From Alphaproteobacteria bacterium (GTDB lineage Bacteria; Pseudomonadota; Alphaproteobacteria; CAAHEQ01; UBA3637): a stretch of DNA of 56,007 nt. The notes under the pieces were generated by a model. It was not told where the DNA came from and searched no databases. It worked only from the letters and a program-made list of their open reading frames with translations. Shown piece by piece: positions 46,607 through 55,248 of this stretch. The translations under genes and the position numbers were made by a program. The first letter of the stretch is position 1. Every line of letters begins with the position of its first letter. The stretch covers positions 1 to 56,007 of the forward strand of contig JAFXIF010000024.1 in the NCBI GenBank assembly GCA_017533325.1. Direction: 5' to 3'.

Positions 46607-48202
46607 TTAAGGCTTTACTGCTTTATAAAAATCATATCCTCCCATAAAGGAGTAAACATTATCAAAGCCGTTTTGCATTAAAATTCTGGAAGCACAATAA
46701 CTGGTATATCCCGTTGAACAAGATAAGACCACTTTTTTATCCTTTGGGATTTCATTCAAACGTCCTCTCATTTCCATAATCGGAATGTTAATGGCATTTT
46801 GAACGGTTCCTTGCTGATACAGTATCGGCGGTCGAACATCGATAATAAGAGCGCCATCCAAATCTTCCATAAAAGCAGGTTTTACCAATTCATTTATGAT
46901 ATTATCGGCATTCATACCCAACACATTGACAGGATCTTTCGCGCTGGAATATGGGGGCGCATAGCAAAGTTCCGCATCAATCATATCTTGAACAGTGCCG
47001 TTATTTCTCATAATGGTTGCAATGATATCAACTCTTTTTTCAACTCCGCTTTTGCCTATTCCCTGAATGCCTAAAATTTTGCCGTCTTGGTTAAACAATA
47101 ACTTAAATAAAATTGCATCGGCATCCGGATAATATCCGGCATGAGAACGTGAATACACATACGTTTTTAAATATGGGATTTGCTTTTGTTTTAATTGCTT
47201 TTCATTATTCCCAGAACTTGCAACCGTTAAGCTAAACACTTTAACGACAGATGATCCTTGAGTGTTTTTATATATAGAACGCCCCCCGTTAATGTTATCG
47301 GCAATAATACGCCCTTGGCGGTTGGCAGGTCCAGCTAACGGCACCAAAGTATTTTGCAAACTGACAAAATCTTTTATCTCCACATTATCTCCGGCAGCAT
47401 AAATAAATTCATCAGATGTTTTTAATGTTTCGTCAACAATAATACCTCGGTTAGTTTGAAGGCCGGCTGTTTTTGCCAATTGGATTTCAGGTTTAACACC
47501 AATAGCCAAGATGCACATATCAAATTCAACTTCTTTGCCGGAATTTAAAATAATTTTATTGCCGTCAAACTTTTGAACACCATCCGACAAAATCAAATCA
47601 ACTCCTTTGGCGAGCATTTCTTTATGGGCAAGTTGGATTATTTCCGGGTCCAAAGGTGACAAAATCTGATTGTTCATTTCAATTAAAGAGGTTTTTAGAC
47701 TCATTTCAATCATATTTTCGGCAACCTCTACGCCAATAAAACCGCCCCCGATAATGGCCACATTTTGAATATTGTTTTCTTTAATATAAGCTTTGATTTT
47801 ATCAGCATCAGCAAGTGAACGCACCACAAATGTTTTATCTTTATTCAAACCTTCAAAGTTTGGCACAATGGGAGTTGCTCCTGTTGCTATTACCAAATAA
47901 TCGTATGAAATTCGTTCACCTGTATTTGTTATAACATGCTTTTCTTCTTTGTTGATTTGAATAACTTTTGTTTTAAGTTTGACATCAATATTAAACCATG
48001 ACTTAAATTTTTGAGGATTTGAAACCAGTATACTGTTGCGATTTTCAATCACACCTGAAATGTAATAAGGCAAACCGCAATTGGCAATGGAAACTTCATC
48101 TGTTCTTTCCAATATGGTAATTTGAGCTTGTTCATTTAATCTTCTGAACCTAGTTGCACAACTGGCTCCTGCTGCTCCACCGCCGATAATTAATAGTTTC
48201 AT
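46607..48202 (-). CDS. CoA-disulfide reductase / NADH-oxidase-family flavoprotein with C-terminal rhodanese domain
   Basis: IIGGGAAGAS FAD motif, redox Cys in SIANCGLPYY, a second dinucleotide fold IIGGGFIGVE, and a C-terminal rhodanese loop CSTGYTS. Confidence 0.85.
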   Translation of the reverse strand: MKLLIIGGGAAGASCATRFRRLNEQAQITILERTDEVSIANCGLPYYISGVIENRNSILVSNPQKFKSWFNIDVKLKTKVIQINKEEKHVITNTGERISYDYLVIATGATPIVPNFEGLNKDKTFVVRSLADADKIKAYIKENNIQNVAIIGGGFIGVEVAENMIEMSLKTSLIEMNNQILSPLDPEIIQLAHKEMLAKGVDLILSDGVQKFDGNKIILNSGKEVEFDMCILAIGVKPEIQLAKTAGLQTNRGIIVDETLKTSDEFIYAAGDNVEIKDFVSLQNTLVPLAGPANRQGRIIADNINGGRSIYKNTQGSSVVKVFSLTVASSGNNEKQLKQKQIPYLKTYVYSRSHAGYYPDADAILFKLLFNQDGKILGIQGIGKSGVEKRVDIIATIMRNNGTVQDMIDAELCYAPPYSSAKDPVNVLGMNADNIINELVKPAFMEDLDGALIIDVRPPILYQQGTVQNAINIPIMEMRGRLNEIPKDKKVVLSCSTGYTSYCASRILMQNGFDNVYSFMGGYDFYKAVKP

Positions 48203-48426
48203 AATCCACTCCGTTTTAATTAACCCTTAAATAATTGACAAGTATTTTATAATTAAAGTGAATTTTATTCAAAAAATCAAGCGCGTTATAAAAGCAGAGT
48301 TTTTTTTATTATCAAAATCAATTTGTTGTGAAATAATTTATTTGCTTTTGGCATATTTTAGTTTCTTAGGAGAAGCTATCTTAGATGAATGGCATTCAGA
48401 GAGCTTTCACTTCCTCTTCAAAGAAT

Positions 48427-48533
48427 AAAAAAAAGAGGATAGAAACATCCTCTTTAAATAAATGGTGGGATAAGCCCTCATTGGATTTAAGATTTTTGAA
48501 TATCTTTATATTCCAGATACTTACAAAAAGATT
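48427..48533. repeat. Direct-repeat copy of the tRNA-Lys terminator plus CCCACCA end, followed by copy 2 of the ~52-bp islet-end segment
   Basis: 48427-48469 (A8, gaggat-agaaac-atcctc hairpin, ...tggtggg) duplicates 50889-50931 with a few differences. 48481-48533 duplicates 46502-46553. Confidence 0.85.
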
Positions 48534-48698
48534 TAAGCTCAATCTGGTCTGAGCCGGTGTCTAAAATTTACTCTGGATTATTTACAAGAAATCAAAATCA
48601 CCATTCCGTTATTACACTTGTTAAAACACCTTTATTTTCTCCAGTTACTCCAATTAAACTGGATTTAGTGGAGATAATCAAGCATTTTTCTTAAAATA

Positions 48699-48738
48699 TT
48701 ACCGAATAATTACCGAATGGCGAAAATTTTTACCGAAT
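48699..48738. repeat. Three direct copies of TTACCGAAT, with starts at 48699, 48710 and 48730
   Basis: Exact 9-mers spaced 11 and 20 bp apart. A further TACCGAAT lies at 50834-50841, near the opposite islet end. Confidence 0.7.
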
Positions 48739-48963
48739 TTCATATTTTTTGCATAAAGTTTTTACTTCTTCAAAATCCGAAGGTTTTCGCACCATGTAAA
48801 CTTTTGCTGTTTTCATAATAAACTCCTTTCGTTATAAGACAATGAATGCTTGGAAAAAAGAATAAGTCCAGTCAATTTAAGAAAAAATAGTGCTAGAACC
48901 TTGTAATTTATAAAACTTTCGGATAGAATATAGAGAAAATAAAAATTTTGAGGTGCTTTCAAT

Positions 48964-50583
48964 ATGAAAATTTCTACAATTCTCGATAAAATAGATGAAA
49001 ATCAACTGTTTGTTCCAGCTTTTCAGCGCGAATTTGTTTGGAGTAGAGAAAATGTTAAACAACTAATATCATCTCTCATAAAAGAATATCCTACAGGAAC
49101 TATTTTAACATGGGAAACAAACAATCCTCCAGAACTAAAAGGTGAATGGAAGTACACTTCTAGTCAAGGCGCTATTAAACTTATTTTAGATGGTCAACAA
49201 CGTATCACTTCATTATATTTCTTGGTTAGAAATAAGATCCCTCCTTATTACAAAGAAGATGAAATAAAAAAGGATCCAAGGGGATTATATGTCAAGATTG
49301 ATCAAAATCCTGTAGATTTACAATATTATAAAGCCAAAACGATGGACAACAATCCTTGTTGGATTAATATTTCAGACGTTTTTCAAAGAAATATTCGCTC
49401 AAAAGATATTGTGCGAGCTATGGAAAACAAAGGAATAGAAGTTTCAAGAGAATTAGATGATTTGATAGATGATAATTTTAAAAAGATTGAGAATATTTTG
49501 GAGCGAGATTTTGCAGAACAAACAATCCCTGTTAAAGCCAGTTTAAAAGAAGCTATTGATATATTTTATATTGTTAATGCTAGTGGTGTTAATTTAACTG
49601 ATGCTGAACTTGCTTTAGCTCAAATTTCAGGATATTGGCCAGAAGCAAGATCTTTATTTAAAGAAAAATTATCTGAGTTAAAAAAAGAAGGCTTTACTTT
49701 TGAATTAGATTTTATTGTTTATATTTTATTAGCCATATCACACCACATAGGTAGTGATATGACCAAATTACATGATAGCTCCAACAAATCAAAAATATAG
49801 AATATTTGGCAAATTATAAGCTCTGACACTTTAGATTATGTTCTTAATTTATTAAAGCAATATTGTCATATTGAGAGTCGAAAAGAAATTAACTATGTTT
49901 ATGCTCTTATTCCAATGATCGCTTTTGTTTTTAAAAATAACAATAGATTATCAGATGTTCAAATAAAACAAATGATACGTTGGTTTCTGTATTCTCAAAT
50001 TAAAGAACGTTATTTGAGTCAATTAGGGTCTAAGTTGGATAGAGATATAAAAATAATTTACGAAAACGCAGAACCATTTAAAGTATTAATTGATGAAATT
50101 CAATCAGAACGACATTTACAAATAAAACCAGAAGACTTTATTGGAAAAATGGTAACAAATCCTCTATTTAATTTAATGAAAATGTATTTTAAATCTGTCA
50201 ATGCTGTTTGTTTGGGTACAGGTTCTGGTCTATCTAAAAATATTGGAAAAAAATATGAGTTAGATAATGATCATATTTTTCCGTGGGCCAAACTAAGAGA
50301 CGCAGGTTATGACAAGTCATCTACGTTTAAATATGCATTAGCACAAGAACTAACGAATAGAGAATTACTCGTTGCTTCTGAAAATAGATGGAGAAAAAGC
50401 GATACATCTGCTCATGAATATTTATCAGAAGTTAAGCAACGTTTTCCTTATGCTTTAGAGTTACAATGTATTCCTGACGATGAAGAATTATGGAACATTG
50501 AACGTTATGAAGACTTTTTGCAAAAAAGACGCGAAATGTTAAGTGAAAAATTAAATTCATTTATTGAGCAATTTAATATTTAA
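48964..50583 (+). pseudogene. GmrSD-family type IV (modification-dependent) restriction endonuclease homolog (DUF262 + DUF1524) interrupted by one in-frame TAG at 49798-49800
   Basis: The N-terminal part has FQREFVW and DGQQRITSLYFL (DUF262). The C-terminal part has DNDHIFPW...NRELL...ENRWRKSD (His-Me/HNH-like DUF1524). 48964 and 49915 are in the same frame, and codons 49801-49914 are open. Confidence 0.75.
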
Positions 50584-50716
50584 ATATATTTTTAGCTGAG
50601 AAATAAATTATAAATAAATTTTTATATTTTATCTGCTCCTTATCCTCCAAGTGGCCTTTAGTTCGCAACTATAGTCTGGTGATGGATATGGGGTGCGAGG
50701 TTGAGGATAGAGAAAA

Positions 50717-50738
50717 GCGCCTAAAATAGGCGTTTTTT
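50717..50738 (+). terminator. Rho-independent terminator downstream of the GmrSD-like gene
   Basis: gcgcct-aaaat-aggcg hairpin followed by T6. Confidence 0.7.
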
Positions 50739-50888
50739 GTTTTGGACGAGGTCAATTGAAAAAGTATCTATTTTTCGTGATTTGAATGAAAAATCTCTTA
50801 ACGGTGGTTCATATGCTCACATCATAAATGAAATACCGAATCTTACAAACCCCGCAAACTGTGGGCTTTTGAGGCCTCATCAAGGCAT

Positions 50889-50919
50889 AAAAAAAAGAGG
50901 ATAGAAGCATCCTCTTTTT
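50889..50919 (-). terminator. Rho-independent terminator of tRNA-Lys
   Basis: On the minus strand a gaggat-gcttct-atcctc hairpin is followed by T8, 5 nt after the CCA. Confidence 0.8.
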
Positions 50920-50924
50920 ATTAA

Positions 50925-51000
<76 letters not shown>

Positions 51001-51059
51001 TTAATTTTTGTAAATTTATACACCATATTGAACGAAAAAGCAAGGATAAAATGAGAAAG

Positions 51060-52462
51060 TTATATTTTTTTTCTTTTTTCAATGCGAATTTTTAATTCTT
51101 TTTTAATTGAAGATATTTGATTTAACGGCCCAAAAAGAGAGATCTTAAATCCTTTAATAACTATAAAATAACTTATCATAACAAAGATGGCGGCGCTCAC
51201 CCATGCAATTGGTCCCGCATAACAAATACCTTTATATCCCATATATGCAGCTAATGAAAAAGCAGCAAACCAGCGCATAATTAATTCTATGATTCCGGAG
51301 ATTAATGGAATAATTGCGCGACCCATTCCTTGTAAGGCTTGTCTGAAAATAAAAATTTGGGCCAGAAAAATGTAAAAAAGAGTTGTGATTTGAATATACA
51401 TAGTTGCTTGCGATAAGATTTCTTTGCTTGGATTATTTAGGAATAACATTGCCAAATTTTCGCCGTAAATAAAAGCTAGTAAAGCCAAAACAATGCTTGT
51501 CCCTGAGGCAAGGACAAAGCATTGCAAAACGCCTTGTCTGATTCGCCTTAAAAGTTGTGCTCCAAAGTTTTGAGCGGTATAGGTTGTGAGTGCATGGCCT
51601 AAAGAAAATAAAGGCATGGTGGCTAATTGTTCAATACGCGTTGCAGCTGAAAATGCCGCAATTGTTCCTGTTCCGAATTGATTGCAAACGCTTTGAACGG
51701 TGATGACTCCAAGACCGATAATTGAAAATTGAACAGTCATAGGCAGGGCGATTTTTAAATGCTCTGTTATATATTTTAAGTCAAAAGAAAAATCCTTTTT
51801 TCTTAACCGAAGCATTGGGTATTTTATCAACATATATCCTAAACATAAAAATGCAGAAATAAATTGAGCAACACAAGTGCCAACTGCAACGCCGGTAACA
51901 TCTGAATGAAACTTCACAATCAGTAATATATTGATAACAATATTTAAAACTGATGAAAAAATAAGATAATAAAGCGGTGTTTTGCTGTCTCCGAGGGATC
52001 TTAAAATACCGGCTAAAAAATTATAAAACACGATAGCAATAACGCCGAAAGAAAGAATGCTCATAAACCTGTGACAATCATAAAAATATCTTCAGGAACG
52101 TTCATTAGTTTTAAAATCAAGTCCATTTTTAAGATTAAAAATGAAAAAACAAACAAAGCAAATAAACAACTTAAAACAATGCCGATGGCAAAAGAAGCGC
52201 GAACATTTTTAATATCATTTGCTCCAAAACGTTGAGCTGTGATGATTGAAAGGCCGTTTGTAAAACCCATAGATGTCATAATTGCCATAATGAATACAGG
52301 AGTCATGGCTCCCGCAACAGCCAGAGCTCTGATTCCTAAATAATGGCCTAAAATAAAAAGGTCTGAAAGGATATAAAATTGATGAAAAATATTCCCAAGT
52401 AAAATGGGAAGCATAAATAAAAGAATAAGTTTTAGAGGATTTCCCTCTGTCATACTTTTCAT
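51060..52462 (-). pseudogene. MATE-family efflux transporter, frame broken by a 1-nt deficit in a homopolymer (A5 on the plus strand, 52083-52087)
   Basis: Track ORFs 52061-52522 and 51060-52064 are the N- and C-terminal parts of one MATE protein. Adding one T gives ...NVPEDIFYDCHRFMSILSFGVIAIVFYNFLAGILRSLGDSKTP. The start is taken at the ATG at 52462 (AAGGA Shine-Dalgarno site). Confidence 0.75.
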
Positions 52463-52653
52463 TTGTTCATCCTTTTGTTTAAAATTGACCGCCAGTATAA
52501 AATTTTCTTTTAAAAATATCAATATTTTTTGAGGCTTGTTTTAAAAAAATATCTTGACTTTTCAAAGTGATTGTGTTTTTTATACTCCTTAAGGATGGAA
52601 GAGCTTTCTCTGTCGCTGATGATTAAAAAATTTTAAAATAAAGGAAGAAAAAA

Positions 52654-53148
52654 ATGTTAAAAAGAATACTTGCAGTTGTATGTGCCGTTTCTTTTTTGAG
52701 TGCTTGTGCTTCTCAAAAAGACGGAGCTGATTTATATGGTAACGGTCAAGGCGGTTGGAATGATAATGTTAACATTTCCGATTTGCAAGATACAGCTATG
52801 ACACAAAAATTCAAAGATGCAAATCAAAATGTTGTTTATTTCGCATTAGACAGTTCTTCTTTGGATGGTGATTCAAAAGCTGTTTTGAGCCAACAAGCTG
52901 AATGGTTAAAAGCAAATCCACGCGTTTTGATTGTGATTGAAGGTCGTTGCGACGAACGCGGAACTGAAGAATACAACTTGGCTTTAGGTGAACGCCGCGC
53001 TGATGAAGCTCGTCGTTTCTTAGTGATGAAGGGTATTTCATCAGACCGTATTCGCATTATTTCTTACGGTAAAGAAAGACCGGTTGTTCCGGGTTCAACT
53101 GAAGAAGCTTGGGCTAAAAACCGTAATGCAACAACGGTTGCTTACTAA
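52654..53148 (+). CDS. pal: Peptidoglycan-associated lipoprotein Pal (OmpA-like domain)
   Basis: Lipobox LSAC. VYFALDSSSL...IEGRCDERGTEEYNLALGERRA. Confidence 0.9.
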   Translation: MLKRILAVVCAVSFLSACASQKDGADLYGNGQGGWNDNVNISDLQDTAMTQKFKDANQNVVYFALDSSSLDGDSKAVLSQQAEWLKANPRVLIVIEGRCDERGTEEYNLALGERRADEARRFLVMKGISSDRIRIISYGKERPVVPGSTEEAWAKNRNATTVAY

Positions 53149-53186
53149 AAAAGTTTTTCTTTAGAAAAAAAGACTTGTTAAAAAAA

Positions 53187-53217
53187 ACTCTTCCTTGTAA
53201 AATAAGGAAGAGTTTTT
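53187..53217 (+). terminator. Intrinsic terminator/attenuator between pal and cpoB
   Basis: Perfect 10-bp stem actcttcctt/aaggaagagt, 7-nt loop, T-run. Confidence 0.65.
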
Positions 53218-53234
53218 ATATAAAGGAACGCCCT

Positions 53235-54023
53235 ATGAAAAAAATCATTTTATCTTGTTTTATGTTTTCTTCGTTTATTTCTTTTTCTGCAATGGCAGAG
53301 TTAAAGGTTGATTTGCTGAATGAAAAGGTAACGCGCATTGAAAATGATTTAAGCGCGTTACAACGAAAAGTTTATCAAACAAAAGAAGTGCCGATTTTAT
53401 TGCCGGCTGAAAATAATTTGCCGGTTGTTGATGGGAATTTAGAAGATCTTTATTCAAGAATTTCTGCGCAAGATCAGGTTGTGAAAGATTTAACGGCTAA
53501 AATGGAGCAAATTGAATTTAATCAGAAGCAACTTGAAGAGCGGTTAAATACCATGAATGCTGATTTAGATGTGCGCTTTAATATGTTGGTAAATGAGAAT
53601 AAAGGAAGTTCTTTAACAGCTTCAAATAGCACTAAAAAAAATGATAAAGAAGCCTATGATGAAGCTTATAACATAATGAAAAAAGGCGATTATAAAAAAG
53701 CAGAAGAGGCATTTACTCTATTTATGAAAGAATATCCGAATTCTTCGTTGATCGGAAATGCGAACTATTGGTTAGGGGAAACTTATTATGCTCGCGGTCT
53801 TTTTGAACAAGCAGTTGGCATTTTTGCTGATGGGTTTACAAAATATAAAAAGAATTCAAAAGCGGCTGATAATTTGTTAAAGCTCGGGCTTACCATGAAT
53901 AAACTGAATAAAAAGCAAGAGGCTTGCACGGCGTTTAAATCTTTAGCAACGGAATTTCCGAAAGCGGATAATCGTTTGAAAGACAGGGCCAAAGCCGAAG
54001 CCAAGAAGTTACAGTGTAAATAA
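53235..54023 (+). CDS. cpoB: Tol-Pal system protein CpoB/YbgF (coiled coil + TPR)
   Basis: Signal peptide, an N-terminal coiled coil, and C-terminal TPR repeats (YDEAYNIMKKGDYKKAEEAF..., NANYWLGETYYARG...). Start at 53235 with an AAAGGA Shine-Dalgarno site. Confidence 0.8.
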   Translation: MKKIILSCFMFSSFISFSAMAELKVDLLNEKVTRIENDLSALQRKVYQTKEVPILLPAENNLPVVDGNLEDLYSRISAQDQVVKDLTAKMEQIEFNQKQLEERLNTMNADLDVRFNMLVNENKGSSLTASNSTKKNDKEAYDEAYNIMKKGDYKKAEEAFTLFMKEYPNSSLIGNANYWLGETYYARGLFEQAVGIFADGFTKYKKNSKAADNLLKLGLTMNKLNKKQEACTAFKSLATEFPKADNRLKDRAKAEAKKLQCK

Positions 54024-54024
54024 G

Positions 54025-55233
54025 ATGATGCTGACTGAAAGTTATTTTGAAAAAAAAATTCATGAGTTGTTACCTGAATTAAAAGAGCGGATAGCTGTTG
54101 GAGTTTCCGGTGGAGCCGATAGTCTTTGTTTAACGTTAATGCTTCATGAGTATTCTAAAAAACAAGGGATTGAATTAAAAGCCCTGACCGTTGATCATCA
54201 AATTCGAAAAGAAAGCTCAAAAGAAGCCAAAGAGGTTCATAAATTTTTAAAAAAACAAGGTATCCAACATGAAATTTTGTTGAATAAAGAAAAAATCGGG
54301 CAAACAAAAGTTGAGGAGCAGGCGCGGTCAATCAGATATCAGCTTTTAACGGATTATTGCAAAAAAAATAACATTCAAACTCTTTTTGTTGCGCATCAGC
54401 AAGAAGATCAAATTGAAACGTTTTTATCTCGTTTGGCAAGAGGAAGTTCGGTTGAAGGGTTAAGTGCTATGCGGGAAAAAGTTTATCGAAACGGTGTGTT
54501 ATTAGTGCGGCCTTTTTTAGATATTTCAAAATCGGAAATCGAAAAATATCTTTCTCAAAAAAATCTGAATTGGGTTAAAGATCCGATGAATGAAGATGAA
54601 AGTTTTGAGCGGGTTAAATGGCGCAAATTTTTACCTGTCTTAGAAGAAAAAGGACTTCCTCTTAAAAATATTTTATCTTCGACCAAGCGTTTAAACAGGG
54701 CAGCACAAGCTCTTTTTTGGTATCAGGAAACTTTTATTAAAGAAGGGGTGACGTTTTATCCGGAAGGATATGCTTTAGTTGATAAAGAAAAGTATTTTTT
54801 ATTGCCGGATGAAATTAAAATCAAGGTTATGGATGCATTGTTGAAGCGTATTGGGAAAAGCGATAAAATGATTTCGCTTGAGCTTTTGGAACGAGTTGTT
54901 TTGGGTGATATAAAAAAAATGAGTTTGGCTTCTTGTTTGATTATTCCGCATAAAAGAGGGATTTTTATTTCTAAAGAACCTAAAACAATGCCTCCATCTT
55001 TAAAAATTAAAAAGGGAAAAATATATCAATGGGGTGGTTTTGATGTGTGCTCGGAATTGAATGGAACGATAAAGGCAAGTGCTCCTATAAAACGCAAAAA
55101 AAACGTTCCGTATTTGGTTCAACAAAGTTTTCCGTTTTTTGAGGCAGAAAAAGAACTTGAAAATATTGTTAAGATTGAGTATAAAGAAACCTCAGATTAT
55201 CATATTTTTATTAAAATGATTAAAAAAGATTAA
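54025..55233 (+). CDS. tilS: tRNA(Ile)-lysidine synthase
   Basis: PP-loop VGVSGGADSLCL. HQQEDQIETFL. Position upstream of ftsH. Confidence 0.85.
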   Translation: MMLTESYFEKKIHELLPELKERIAVGVSGGADSLCLTLMLHEYSKKQGIELKALTVDHQIRKESSKEAKEVHKFLKKQGIQHEILLNKEKIGQTKVEEQARSIRYQLLTDYCKKNNIQTLFVAHQQEDQIETFLSRLARGSSVEGLSAMREKVYRNGVLLVRPFLDISKSEIEKYLSQKNLNWVKDPMNEDESFERVKWRKFLPVLEEKGLPLKNILSSTKRLNRAAQALFWYQETFIKEGVTFYPEGYALVDKEKYFLLPDEIKIKVMDALLKRIGKSDKMISLELLERVVLGDIKKMSLASCLIIPHKRGIFISKEPKTMPPSLKIKKGKIYQWGGFDVCSELNGTIKASAPIKRKKNVPYLVQQSFPFFEAEKELENIVKIEYKETSDYHIFIKMIKKD

Positions 55234-55248
55234 AAAAGGAAAGTTTAA

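Larger units (their letters stand above)
46482..48469 (-). mobile_element. Putative decayed integrative islet 1 (cargo: CoA-disulfide reductase/rhodanese gene), with no integrase
   Basis: Bounded by the repeat copies at 46482-46553 and 48427-48533. Inference from repeat architecture only. Confidence 0.4.

Noticed and set aside
46481-46681. 66-aa plus-strand ORF (MGDNPPLLDLRFLNVFIFQI...), with a similar peptide readable at 48405-48545
   Set aside because: The shared peptide is only a consequence of the duplicated 52-bp DNA block. The ORF overlaps the 3' end of the CoADR gene on the other strand and has no Shine-Dalgarno site.
48731-48814. 28-codon minus-strand ORF with a strong AAAGGAG Shine-Dalgarno site (MKTAKVYMVRKPSDFEEVKTLCKKYEIR), considered as an integrase or excisionase remnant
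   Set aside because: I see no similarity to tyrosine-recombinase or AlpA/Xis motifs. The downstream frames are full of stops and do not extend it into a recognisable protein. It may be a relic leader, but this cannot be supported.
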